Shown: in pieces, positions 27,129-36,601 of the stretch
Layout: the number at the start of each line of letters is the position of its first letter
How positions within the stretch are numbered: the first letter of the stretch is position 1
DNA from: Candidatus Sericytochromatia bacterium
GTDB taxonomy: Bacteria > Cyanobacteriota > Sericytochromatia > UBA7694
Direction of reading: 5' to 3'
Length of the DNA: 64,000 bases
Assembly: GCA_044356335.1 (NCBI GenBank)
Contig: JBIKWL010000007.1
Span: 271 to 64,270, forward strand
Program-made: the position numbers and the translations under genes
The notes under the pieces: generated by a model
Told to the model about the DNA's origin: nothing
Database searches by the model: none
Seen by the model: the letters and a program-made list of their open reading frames with translations, nothing else

Positions 27129-30100
27129 TTAGCGCACTTTCGAAGGCAGCAGGTAGTTCCAGACCACTTCGGAGTGGTGAGTCACTTCTAAGACCTGCCG
27201 ATTGCCGCTGTGAACGATCATTGTGTGGCCATTGTCGAGGCGGTAGGCAGCCGTGGGGTTGCTGATCTTTTTGTGGGATTTCTCCGAGTTTAGGCCGCCA
27301 AATTGCCAAAAGATTCCCCCAGCGGGATCGACTTCGAGCAGGCGGTGGTTGCGGGTGTCGATGATCAGCGTATTGCCGTTGATCAGGCGAATGGCGCGCT
27401 CGGGGTACATCAGCTGATGGGGGCCATTGCCGGGGTTTTTGAGCGTGCCATATTGCCAGACAATTTCACCCTCGCGGTTGACCTCGATCACGTAATGGTT
27501 GCTCCAATCGGTGATCAAGACCGTGTCGTCGCTGGTGACTTCGGCGTAATAGGGCGCGTTGAGCGGGTTGATACCGCTGTCCCAGCCGCCAAAACTCCAG
27601 ATGATCTGTTTGAGTTCGTTGACTTCCAGCACCCGGCCACTGTATTGGTCGGTGATCAGAATATGTCCCGCAGGGGTGGGCACAGCGCTGCGGGGATGGC
27701 CGAGCAGGCCGGGGCGGCTGCCCATCACACCGGCTTCGCCGTATTGCCAGAGAATTTCTTTGGTCGGGCGGTAAATCCGAATCACGCGGTGGCGGTCGGT
27801 GTCGGTTAAGAGCACTTCGCTGTCTTCGCGCTCGGAAACCTGCACATATTGCGGCCGCTCGATAAACTCAGGGCTGCGGGGGTGGCTTTCGCCAAAGCGC
27901 CACATGATCTGCTTTTGGCGGTTAATAATGTACACGCGGTTTTCCTGTTTGTCGATCAGCGGCAATTCCATGTCGAGCAAATTGGCCTTGGTGGTCACAT
28001 AGCTGTGGGCTGCCTGCCGCGCCATTTCGTTGATGCGTTCATTCGAGGGTTTGGTTGAAAGCTCAACAATTTTGCCACTTTCACTCCGCAGTTTTTCGTA
28101 GTCGGGGGATTTTTGCAGGGTGCCGTATTGGTAGAGGTAAAGCGGGCGCAGCAAGCGGGTCACTTCAATCACGTAGAGCGGGCTGAAGACCACAGTATTG
28201 CCGTTGCCCATGCGTACCAGGCGGTTGGGAATAAACGAGAAGGCGCCCCCTGAGGCTTTTTCAATGCCGGTATCGAAGATCCAGACAATTTCTTTTTCGG
28301 GATTGACCTCGATCACGCGGCGGTTTTCGCTGTCGGAGATCAGGGTATTGCCGTTGGGCAGACGGAAGGCCTGGGTCGGCGCATTGAGCTGGTTGGCGTG
28401 TGAGCCGTAGCCACTGCCGAGTTTATTGTCTGGATTGCCAAATTGCCAGATGATCTCTTCGTCTTGGTTGACCTCGATCACGCGGTGGTTGTCGGTGTCG
28501 GTGATCAGAAAATGCCCGCCTTTGAGCACCTGCATATCCGAGGGGCTGTACAAGCGGCCACGGGTAATGCCAACACTGCTGGTGATGCCGTATTGCCACA
28601 AAATCTTGTTCTGGGGGTTGATTTCGATAATGCGGTGGTTGCCCTGATCGACAATAATCGTGTTGCCATTGAGCTTGCGCATCGCTTTAAGCGGGCGGTG
28701 CAGGCGGATATCCGAAGATTTGTCGGCAGGTGGGAATTGCCAGCGCACCTGGCCAGATTTGGAGACCTCGTAGACGGTATCTGTGCCCGCATCGGCAAAG
28801 AGGGTATTGCCGCTGGGCAGGCGAATCGGGTTGCTGGGCTCGATCAGCTCCATATGGCCGATGCCATCTTTGCCCCCAATTTGCCAGGTGATCTGGCCTT
28901 TGTTGTTAAATTCAATCACCCGCTGCCGTTCGGTATCGTGGATCAAAAAATGGTCATTGGGCAGGTCATCGGATCGAAGCACCTGATCGTCGGCTTCGTA
29001 CTGAATGCTCTTTTGCGGCGCAGACACAGCCCCCGCCGGTGAAGCCGCTGTTTGATTGGTCTCTTTGACCCGGCTGGCGATTTCTTGCAGATTGTTCGGC
29101 GGTGCGCTGGGGGCGTTGGGGGCAATCGCCGATTTTTTGGCGGGCAAGAGGGGTGTCAACAGCTGGTGAAAGACCTCTTTGGTGATCACGGTTTCGAGTG
29201 AAAATTGGTTAAACAGATCCGCAATGCGGATGATCGTATAGTCAAAATTCATCAGCTCTTTGCGGGCCCGGTCCACATAGGGCAAGAGCGTGTCGAGGGC
29301 TTCGACTTCGCCACTGAGGTCTATGCCCCAGATTTTGCGGAATTCGTTCAAACAATAGCGCGAGAGCACCTCGTTGATCTTTTCGCTGGTCAGGAGCGAG
29401 AAGTCGATTTCAGCTTTGTCTTCAGATTCTGTGTTGGCGTCAGCACTTTCTTCGCCCTTTCCAGAACCTTCAGGCTCCGACTTGCTTTCCGGCTTGATTT
29501 CAGTTTTCTGCTCGGGTGTGGCAGCGGGTTCCACTTTTGCAGCGGCTTGGCCCACTTCTGGCCCCTCTGTTTTGGTTGCCACAGGCGGGGTTGCCTTCAT
29601 TTCAGCCGGCGGCTTGGGTTCCGGTGGGGGAGCCGGTGGCAGCCCCTGTTCGAGCAGGTTTTCCATCACCCCTTCGGGGGCGGTGCTGGCAAATTCTTCG
29701 CGTTGGGCCGGTGTCATGCGGCTGACAATCTTTTTCATGCGGCTGATAATCTGGGCGTAAAACTCGCGCATGAAGCGGTCAAATTCGTCTTTTTCAAAGG
29801 GGATCACGTAAAGGGGCAAATCCGGAAAGATCTTTTGGGTGATCATTTCAATTTCGGGCCGACCAGGATTGACCGCCGCCACCCTGAAAATGCCGTTGAG
29901 GTGGTTGATCGGCACAAATTCGTAACGCCGCAAGAGAGTCTCTTTAAATTGGATCAAGATACTCGGGTCGAGTTGGTGGTCGTTTAAAACCGGATAGTCT
30001 TCTTCGGGATTGCCGCGCTGCTGTTCAAACGCATCCAATTCGGCTTCGTCTTCGGCGTCGAGTTCAAAAACATGGCTAAAGTCCAGATCATCTGCGCTGT

Positions 30101-31394
30101 TTTCGTTGTAGTCGGTCTCTTCCAGTAAATGGGCAAAGCCTTGCTGGGATTTGCCCATGGTTGCTTGAATGGTCCACTCGGCCTCTTCTACGTCTTGAAA
30201 GGAAATAAAGTTCATGTCCAACAAAACGTCGAGAATGCGGATATCCGAGCGGAAATAGCCATCGGGTTTGGACGAGGCAAAGGCCAAGAAACTCGGTTTG
30301 GTATCTTCGGCAAAGAGGGCATAACGATCGATCAGTTTATTGCTCTCAAGGTCAATAATATTCAGCCAGGGCGTAAACATGGCGGGCACATCGACATAGG
30401 TCATAAAGACCATAAAATTATTCAAGGGGCTCACGGCCATGAGGTCACAGGGATCGTCGAGGCTGCTGAAGAGATTGCCTTTGAGCGGAACACTGGCTTT
30501 AAACAGCAAATTGGTGGTGTCGACCACCACAATTTCGACACTTTCATCGGGGCGGGTGCTCTGCAAATACAGCCATTGCCCATCGCTGGAGATTTGAATA
30601 TTGCCCAAAATGCCGTAGGGCAGAGGCATGCGTTTGATCTTAAGCGACTTGAGATGGACCATCAGCAGCGAGGGGGTGTGATTGTCGGTGATATACAGTT
30701 TTTGGCCGTCCAGGCTGGGGGCCAGATTGAGGGTCTTTTTGCTGCCTGCTGGGCGCACACTTAAGATGCCCGAGATTTTAAAGGTCTCGGTATCTATCAC
30801 AAAAATGGCCCCCCGGCCCCGGTCGGTGACAAAAACATGCTGGCCCGAGGGCGAGACCATCAGGTCCAGGGGCAGCGAGCGCTGGGGTGAGATGGGGAAA
30901 TAACCATAGTGCAATTGCTGGGTCAGGGCCAAATACGGGTGGTCGTCGAGTTCGCCAAAATACAGGTGGGTAAAGCGGTCGGAAACAGTGATGCCGCCGG
31001 GGTTGTTCTCGGCATCTTCCCAGGCGATTTCACCCAATTCGCGGGCGTTGCTGGCGTGAAAGAGGTAGACGCTGCCGCTGCCAGCGGGCATCCAATCGAC
31101 GCCAAAAAAGCGTGGCCGAAATTTGCGGCTGATCGGCAAATCCAGGCTTTCAATCACCTCTCCCGACCAGGGGTTGACCTTGCGCAAAGCGTAGCCTTTT
31201 TGGTCCACGACATAACTCACCGCCCGCTGTTCGCGCTGTTGCTCGACCTTGATTTGGCGCAGTCGGGCCACAGCCAGAGAGAGTTGCTCAGGCGTGATTT
31301 TGCCTTGGTCTAGCAGGTATTCCTGAATGAGTTGCTCCTGAAAATCTGGGTTGGAGGGGTTCAGGGTTTCCGGGGTCGCGGTGGAAGAGATCAT
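27129..31394 (-). CDS. Giant (1421 aa) cytoplasmic multi-propeller protein: GspE-N (T2SSE_N)-like segments + YVTN propeller + ~16 NHL repeats
   Basis: No signal peptide. The N-terminal 'LIQEYLLDQGKITPEQLSLAVARLRQ' is an MshEN/T2SSE_N-like helix. A second T2SSE_N-like segment is 'YEFVPINHLNGIFRVAAVNPGRPEIEMI..LYVIPFEKDEF'. A Pro/Glu/Lys-rich linker follows. Repeated 'NHR(V/I)IEVN...(I/V)WQ(F/Y)G' NHL-type blades are present. Confidence 0.7.
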   Translation of the reverse strand: MISSTATPETLNPSNPDFQEQLIQEYLLDQGKITPEQLSLAVARLRQIKVEQQREQRAVSYVVDQKGYALRKVNPWSGEVIESLDLPISRKFRPRFFGVDWMPAGSGSVYLFHASNARELGEIAWEDAENNPGGITVSDRFTHLYFGELDDHPYLALTQQLHYGYFPISPQRSLPLDLMVSPSGQHVFVTDRGRGAIFVIDTETFKISGILSVRPAGSKKTLNLAPSLDGQKLYITDNHTPSLLMVHLKSLKIKRMPLPYGILGNIQISSDGQWLYLQSTRPDESVEIVVVDTTNLLFKASVPLKGNLFSSLDDPCDLMAVSPLNNFMVFMTYVDVPAMFTPWLNIIDLESNKLIDRYALFAEDTKPSFLAFASSKPDGYFRSDIRILDVLLDMNFISFQDVEEAEWTIQATMGKSQQGFAHLLEETDYNENSADDLDFSHVFELDAEDEAELDAFEQQRGNPEEDYPVLNDHQLDPSILIQFKETLLRRYEFVPINHLNGIFRVAAVNPGRPEIEMITQKIFPDLPLYVIPFEKDEFDRFMREFYAQIISRMKKIVSRMTPAQREEFASTAPEGVMENLLEQGLPPAPPPEPKPPAEMKATPPVATKTEGPEVGQAAAKVEPAATPEQKTEIKPESKSEPEGSGKGEESADANTESEDKAEIDFSLLTSEKINEVLSRYCLNEFRKIWGIDLSGEVEALDTLLPYVDRARKELMNFDYTIIRIADLFNQFSLETVITKEVFHQLLTPLLPAKKSAIAPNAPSAPPNNLQEIASRVKETNQTAASPAGAVSAPQKSIQYEADDQVLRSDDLPNDHFLIHDTERQRVIEFNNKGQITWQIGGKDGIGHMELIEPSNPIRLPSGNTLFADAGTDTVYEVSKSGQVRWQFPPADKSSDIRLHRPLKAMRKLNGNTIIVDQGNHRIIEINPQNKILWQYGITSSVGITRGRLYSPSDMQVLKGGHFLITDTDNHRVIEVNQDEEIIWQFGNPDNKLGSGYGSHANQLNAPTQAFRLPNGNTLISDSENRRVIEVNPEKEIVWIFDTGIEKASGGAFSFIPNRLVRMGNGNTVVFSPLYVIEVTRLLRPLYLYQYGTLQKSPDYEKLRSESGKIVELSTKPSNERINEMARQAAHSYVTTKANLLDMELPLIDKQENRVYIINRQKQIMWRFGESHPRSPEFIERPQYVQVSEREDSEVLLTDTDRHRVIRIYRPTKEILWQYGEAGVMGSRPGLLGHPRSAVPTPAGHILITDQYSGRVLEVNELKQIIWSFGGWDSGINPLNAPYYAEVTSDDTVLITDWSNHYVIEVNREGEIVWQYGTLKNPGNGPHQLMYPERAIRLINGNTLIIDTRNHRLLEVDPAGGIFWQFGGLNSEKSHKKISNPTAAYRLDNGHTMIVHSGNRQVLEVTHHSEVVWNYLLPSKVR

Positions 31395-31627
31395 AGTTTT
31401 CCTGTCGTTTTTGAGGTACTGATAGCGATTTCTTTCAATATTTTACATCAAATGGGGCCCTTTCAGGTTGGGTTTGAGGTCTCTGAGGCTGGGGTTCGCT
31501 AGAACGAAAAGCTGTTTTGAGGGTGTCAGAGCTGGGTTTTAGGCCATATTGGCAGCTTTCTAAGCGCTAAGCTGAGAACCTAAACCCGTACCTTTCTAAG
31601 GTAAAATGATCTTCACCCGATTCATAA

Positions 31628-33271
31628 ATGTGGCCAGGAGTGTTCGACATGTCTTTATCCCTTTCCCCGCGAATCTTGATTCAGTCTGCGTTTGCAGTGA
31701 GTCTCTTGCTTTTGCCCGGTTGTGGCCATTGGGAGGAAGTAGACAAAGCGGTGTCTGCCGCCACCCGGCGCGGTTTGGGCGATTATAGCGGCACCTTGGA
31801 TACCGCCAATTTGGTGCCGGTTTCTTATGCCAACGAACCCGGATCTGCCGAAACCCTGGGCCGCACCTTTAAATTTGCAGGGCCACGTCTGGTTACTTTG
31901 AATACCTCATCGGCCTGCCGTGATTCGCTGCCGGGCAAACCTGTGGCCACCAGCGAAGGCACGATCAGCAAATTCAGCTATTCTTTTTTGCAGATGATGG
32001 ACCAAAATTCCCAGGGCCAAACCCAGCTTAAACTCGACTATTTGGGGTATGCGGGCAATATTAAGACAGATATTAAGCAGAAGTCTTTGTTGGCGGCCAA
32101 AGTCTCATTGGCCCAGATTTTGGCCTTTCCAGGCTCTCCCAATTGGTCGGAGTTTGAGAATTGCTGCAAATTGACGGGCACCTGTGGCGATTATGTCGTC
32201 TCGGAAATGTACCAAATGAGCCAAAGTGTCAAAGCCCTGGCTTTTAACGAGTCGAATTTGCAGAGCGCGATCAATGCCTCGGGCAACGATGCGCTCAAGG
32301 CCCTGACCAATATTTCTGGCACCGTGGATTATGTCCACAAATCCACCCAGTCCACCGATCTGGGGGTAGACAAAACCTTTTGGTCCCATTTTGGCTTTCG
32401 CCAATTGCCCCCGGTTGCTGAAGCCCCGCTCGAAGGGGTCTTCCTCTCGCTCGAACCGAATAAAGTCGATTGCAGCACAACGGGCAATAAAAGTATTGGG
32501 ATGCGGCTGAACCTCAACAATGCAGCGGGTTCGGAAGCTGAACGTATGCTGGGGTATAACCTGGCGATTCCCGCTGGCTGGGAAAATGTCAGCCTCAAAA
32601 ACGAGGCCTTGGCCGATCGGGTTTTGATCAAAAATGGCGAATTGAGCTGCCGCCCGAGCAAAGGCAAGACCTGCCCGCCATCGCTCGAGATCAACATCAC
32701 CCCCCCAGAATGTAATTCGGTGCAAGATCTGACCCGCTCCGATTGGAAAGCCAATTTGGCGCTGTATATTCCTGGTTCTGCCAGCACGACCGGCTACCGC
32801 GCCCACCAAGAAAGCACCTCGACGCTGGTGGTGCCCAGCAAGCTTAAAAATATTCCCGAAGCCAGTTTGAGCCAATCTCTGCTGCGCGTGGATTTGACTG
32901 CGGGCAGCGAAAAAAGTGTCAACACGTTTATGACCATCAATACCGGGGATTTAACTGCGCCTCAGTTTCGTGTGATTGCCCCTTCGGTCAATTTTGCCCA
33001 GGTGCTGGTCTATCCGCCCAACCAGAAAAAAGTCGAGATCGAAGTGGCTGTCTCACCAGCGATCTGTGCAGATTTTAACCTCAGCCCGGTTTTGCATGTG
33101 CCCATGCAGGTGATTGTTTGGGGCAAACGCCCAGGGGCAGTGGATACAACGCTCTTTGAAGTGCCCCCTGTGAATATCACGGTCAAGCCGCAATGCCCGC
33201 CCAAAGCCAAATTGAATCAAACACCCACGCAACCCGTGAATGGCGATCCGCCCCCTGCGGCGGTGAATTAA
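31628..33271 (+). CDS. Putative lipoprotein, function unknown
   Basis: Lipobox-like 'LLLPGC' after a hydrophobic N-terminus. No enzymatic motif recognised. Confidence 0.5.
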   Translation: MWPGVFDMSLSLSPRILIQSAFAVSLLLLPGCGHWEEVDKAVSAATRRGLGDYSGTLDTANLVPVSYANEPGSAETLGRTFKFAGPRLVTLNTSSACRDSLPGKPVATSEGTISKFSYSFLQMMDQNSQGQTQLKLDYLGYAGNIKTDIKQKSLLAAKVSLAQILAFPGSPNWSEFENCCKLTGTCGDYVVSEMYQMSQSVKALAFNESNLQSAINASGNDALKALTNISGTVDYVHKSTQSTDLGVDKTFWSHFGFRQLPPVAEAPLEGVFLSLEPNKVDCSTTGNKSIGMRLNLNNAAGSEAERMLGYNLAIPAGWENVSLKNEALADRVLIKNGELSCRPSKGKTCPPSLEINITPPECNSVQDLTRSDWKANLALYIPGSASTTGYRAHQESTSTLVVPSKLKNIPEASLSQSLLRVDLTAGSEKSVNTFMTINTGDLTAPQFRVIAPSVNFAQVLVYPPNQKKVEIEVAVSPAICADFNLSPVLHVPMQVIVWGKRPGAVDTTLFEVPPVNITVKPQCPPKAKLNQTPTQPVNGDPPPAAVN

Positions 33272-33289
33272 CCCAGGCTGCGTTGCCCG

Positions 33290-34261
33290 GTGTTTACCCT
33301 GCCCGAGCAGATTTCTCCCAGCGACTTTGATTCACAAATTGAAGTGGCTGGGCCACTTTTTGACGCTTTGCAAGCCGCGGCTCAGACCATTTCCAAACAC
33401 TGCAATTTGGCCCCTGAGATTCGGCGTGTGTCGGGGGGATCCAATGCCGTCTTTGCCTGTGGTCAGTCCCAGGTGATCAAGCTCTTCCCGCCTTTTCAGC
33501 GCTACCAATGGGAAACCGAATTGCGGGTATTAAAGGCCCTCAAAGGGCAGCGCCTGCCAGTGACATTTCCAGATTTGATTTACGCCGCTGAGGCCAATCA
33601 CTGGGGCTATATTGTCATGTCGTTTGTGCCAGGGCAGTCGCTGCAAGCCATCTGGCCCGACTTAAGTGAAAGCAATAAACTGTCAGTTTTAAGCCAAATC
33701 GGGCAGCTCATGCGGGCCGTGCACCAATTACCTGCTGCGCTTTTGCCCGAATTAGAACCTGACTGGGCGCTGTTTTGGAATTATGCGCTGGAAAATTACC
33801 AGGCCCGCCACCGGGCCCAGGGTTTGCCCACCGGACTATTAGAAAGTTTGCCGCAATGGCTGCAGGGCCAATTGCCCAGCTTGGAATCACCTTCAGGTTT
33901 GCTGCAATCCCCTTTTGTCTTGCTCACGGGGGAATACACCCCCCAAAATCTCTTGGTCAAACAAGTCCAACAACAGTGGCAGCTCAGCGGCGTGATTGAC
34001 TTTGCCGACAGCCTGATCGGGCCTGCCGCTTATGATTGGCTTGGGCCTGTCTGCTTTATGGTGCAGGGCCAATCTGCCCGCCTGGAGGCACTGTTTCAGG
34101 GCTACGGCCTTGACCTTGGCAGCGTCACAGGCATAGGCAAAGCCATGCTGGCGCTCTTGTTTTTGCACCGCTACAGCAATCCCAACTTCCAGATTTGTAT
34201 TCCCCATTGGCGAGAGGCCAACGGTTTAGATGCCCTGGCAGATCTGGTTTGGCCAGCCTGA
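33290..34261 (+). CDS. Phosphotransferase-family (APH/CotS-like) protein with non-canonical catalytic loop
   Basis: 'IDFADS' fits the DFG-like motif of APH-family kinases. The catalytic-loop position reads 'TGEYTPQNLLV' instead of HGDxxxxN. Confidence 0.5.
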   Translation: MFTLPEQISPSDFDSQIEVAGPLFDALQAAAQTISKHCNLAPEIRRVSGGSNAVFACGQSQVIKLFPPFQRYQWETELRVLKALKGQRLPVTFPDLIYAAEANHWGYIVMSFVPGQSLQAIWPDLSESNKLSVLSQIGQLMRAVHQLPAALLPELEPDWALFWNYALENYQARHRAQGLPTGLLESLPQWLQGQLPSLESPSGLLQSPFVLLTGEYTPQNLLVKQVQQQWQLSGVIDFADSLIGPAAYDWLGPVCFMVQGQSARLEALFQGYGLDLGSVTGIGKAMLALLFLHRYSNPNFQICIPHWREANGLDALADLVWPA

Positions 34262-34309
34262 TTCCCGACTCTGAACAAGGCGGGCTGGGGCTATGTGGGG
34301 GCAAGTTGG

Positions 34310-35449
34310 CTATTTCTTGGGCACAAGCAACCAGAGGCGTCCGTAGTGGTGCAAAAATCCGGCTTTGGCCTGGGCTTCAGGGCCGATGCCCATAAACATG
34401 TCCACATGTCCAGGCCCTTTGATTGCGCCGCCCGTGTCTTGGGCCACCAAGAGCCGGTAATTATGGCCGACAAATTCACCTTGGGCATTTAAGCGCGGAA
34501 TCTCGGCCAGTAACACGCTGCCCAGCGGGATAAATGCCGGGTCCACTGCAATTGAGACCTCAGGCACGACCTCGGTACTCAGGCTGCCTTTGGGGCCTGC
34601 TTTCACCTTGTCAAAAAAGGTATAGCTGGCATTGCGGGAGAGATATTCAGGCATCAGCTCGGGTTGCTTGGCAAAAAAGTCACGGATCGCATTCAGCGAA
34701 ATCTGGTCGGCGGGCACATGGCCCTTGTCCACCAGCAAGCGGCCCAAGCTGCTGTAAGGCAAGCCATTCTGGCCGCCAAACTGAAAGGTGATTTTTTCGC
34801 CGGTGTCGAGAAAATGCGCCAGACCCGAGCCCTGTACCTGCAGCATGTAAATATCCAGCAAGCTGGCTGCATAGCCAATCTCCAGCCCGAGGCCCTGCAG
34901 CGCGCCCTGTTGGTCTATTTCGGCCCGGCTCGGCACCTTGCCTTGGGGCCAACTTGCCGGCTTGCGATAGACGGGATACTTGAACTGTGCATCCGGCTTG
35001 CTTTTGACCTGAATCAGGGGGGCGAAATAGGCGGTAAAATGGGTATTGCCACAGCCATCCTCCCCTTTGAGCAAATAAGGGGTCAACATGCGGCTCAAGG
35101 CACCCAAGCTGGTCTGCTCAGGCAGTTGACCCACTGTCTCTGCCACCTGAAGCAGCTGCGCGGAGGTCAAACTGAGCCCTTCGACCTGCCATGACTTGGC
35201 TTTGGCCAGCACCGCCTGTTGACGCTGCAAGGCCAGTTGCAATGCGCGTTTCTGGTCTGTTAGCACCAAGGGCTGCTCGTCTAATTGCGCGATTGAATAC
35301 AGCTGGTTCAAACAGGCAAAGGTCCGCTTGCCATTGCCCGAAAATTCATACCCCTGCCCGGCAGGTGCCGCAAACACAGGTCCTGCCCACGGGACAAGCA
35401 GACTGCTGACCAGCAAAAAACGGCTCAAAAAGGGATTTAAGTTTAACAT
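34310..35449 (-). CDS. mltA: Membrane-bound lytic murein transglycosylase A
   Basis: Signal peptide. The C-terminal 3D-domain motif 'LLVAQDTGGAIKGPGHVDMFMG' is characteristic of MltA. Confidence 0.7.
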   Translation of the reverse strand: MLNLNPFLSRFLLVSSLLVPWAGPVFAAPAGQGYEFSGNGKRTFACLNQLYSIAQLDEQPLVLTDQKRALQLALQRQQAVLAKAKSWQVEGLSLTSAQLLQVAETVGQLPEQTSLGALSRMLTPYLLKGEDGCGNTHFTAYFAPLIQVKSKPDAQFKYPVYRKPASWPQGKVPSRAEIDQQGALQGLGLEIGYAASLLDIYMLQVQGSGLAHFLDTGEKITFQFGGQNGLPYSSLGRLLVDKGHVPADQISLNAIRDFFAKQPELMPEYLSRNASYTFFDKVKAGPKGSLSTEVVPEVSIAVDPAFIPLGSVLLAEIPRLNAQGEFVGHNYRLLVAQDTGGAIKGPGHVDMFMGIGPEAQAKAGFLHHYGRLWLLVPKK

Positions 35450-35569
35450 GCTCTCATTTTAAGCCATCTCTTCCTGATTCTGAAAGAACGCTGCCGATGA
35501 AAAGCTGACAAAAGGGGTATAATCTGGAAAGTAGATTCAAAAAGTGGATTTGAAAAGCAGAGGCGAAAC

Positions 35570-36601
35570 ATGACCCAATCCGGTTCTTCTTTCTCGATTT
35601 ATAACCGTCCCAGTTCACAAGCGATTTCTCCCATGCCCAGCGCTTCGCGCCCCCAAACCGCGCCCCCTCCACCCCCTCGGACCCAGATCCCCACCCCAAC
35701 CGGCAATACAGCCCAGGCCCATACCCTGAGTGTCACGTCCACCCCTTCTGCCACGGCAGCCCCCCAGACCCTGCTCTTTCCGCTGCCAGGCACCTCAGTG
35801 GTTGAAGCCGGGCCCGGTGCCAGTCAAGTGGCTTTAAATGCCGTAAAAAATCTGCCAGGTGTGGCCCAGGCCTGGGTGGGCACGATCGAGAGCAATCAAC
35901 ATTCGGGCAAAGACAAAGAGACGGCCCTGATTGTGCCCCAGGGGTTGGACTATTCCAAACCTGTCAAGGTTTTGTATTATTTTCACGGCTGGAATGGCGG
36001 TGTCTCAAGTGCTTTGGGCAAAACTGGCAATGGTCTTGGCTCAGAACTGATGGAATGGGCCCGCAAAAACAACGCAGTGCTCGCAGTGCCCCAGGGCCCA
36101 GCCAAAGACCTCAGTGGACGCAGTGCTTCGGCCTGGATGGCGGGCTCTGAGACCTTTCCCAAATTTAACCAAGATGTGATGGGCAGACTCAGTGGCATGT
36201 TGCCCGCCACAGCCCAGATTGGCAGTGTCGAATTGGCAGGGCACTCAGCAGGGGGGATTGCCGTCCAGACGGCTTTACAGGGTGTGGCAGCCGCCTCTCC
36301 TCCGGTTTTGGCAGGCGGGCGGTGGCAGAATGTGACAGTTGGGGCAGCCCATTTTCTTGATGCCACCTATTCCGATGATGGCGCCCCAAATGGCTCAAAT
36401 CGGGGAGAAGATGCCTTCCGTGCCCTGCAAAAGATCAATCCCATGGCCCCATTTAATCTGGCGTATATTCCCAATACGGGGACCGACAAAGGCTATAGCC
36501 AGAAACACAAGGCCTCGTATTTAAACCAGACAGCAACCCAGTTTCGGCCCATCAGCCAAGCCAATCACAGCAGCCTGCCCAAGTATTATTTTAGCCATTA
36601 G
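35570..36601 (+). CDS. Secreted alpha/beta-hydrolase-like protein with Pro-rich N-terminal region
   Basis: 'GHSAGG' is a GxSxG nucleophile elbow. 'YYFHGWNGG' is oxyanion-hole-like. The N-terminus is Pro/Thr/Ala-rich. Confidence 0.5.
   Translation: MTQSGSSFSIYNRPSSQAISPMPSASRPQTAPPPPPRTQIPTPTGNTAQAHTLSVTSTPSATAAPQTLLFPLPGTSVVEAGPGASQVALNAVKNLPGVAQAWVGTIESNQHSGKDKETALIVPQGLDYSKPVKVLYYFHGWNGGVSSALGKTGNGLGSELMEWARKNNAVLAVPQGPAKDLSGRSASAWMAGSETFPKFNQDVMGRLSGMLPATAQIGSVELAGHSAGGIAVQTALQGVAAASPPVLAGGRWQNVTVGAAHFLDATYSDDGAPNGSNRGEDAFRALQKINPMAPFNLAYIPNTGTDKGYSQKHKASYLNQTATQFRPISQANHSSLPKYYFSH

Noticed and set aside
27303-31313. Many 60-260-aa ORFs on the plus strand inside the giant minus-strand gene (e.g. 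28443..29042, 29205..29987, 30129..30764)
   Set aside because: They are entirely nested antisense within a long, motif-rich ORF in GC-rich DNA. Stop-codon depletion in high-GC sequence generates such shadow ORFs. None has recognisable motifs.
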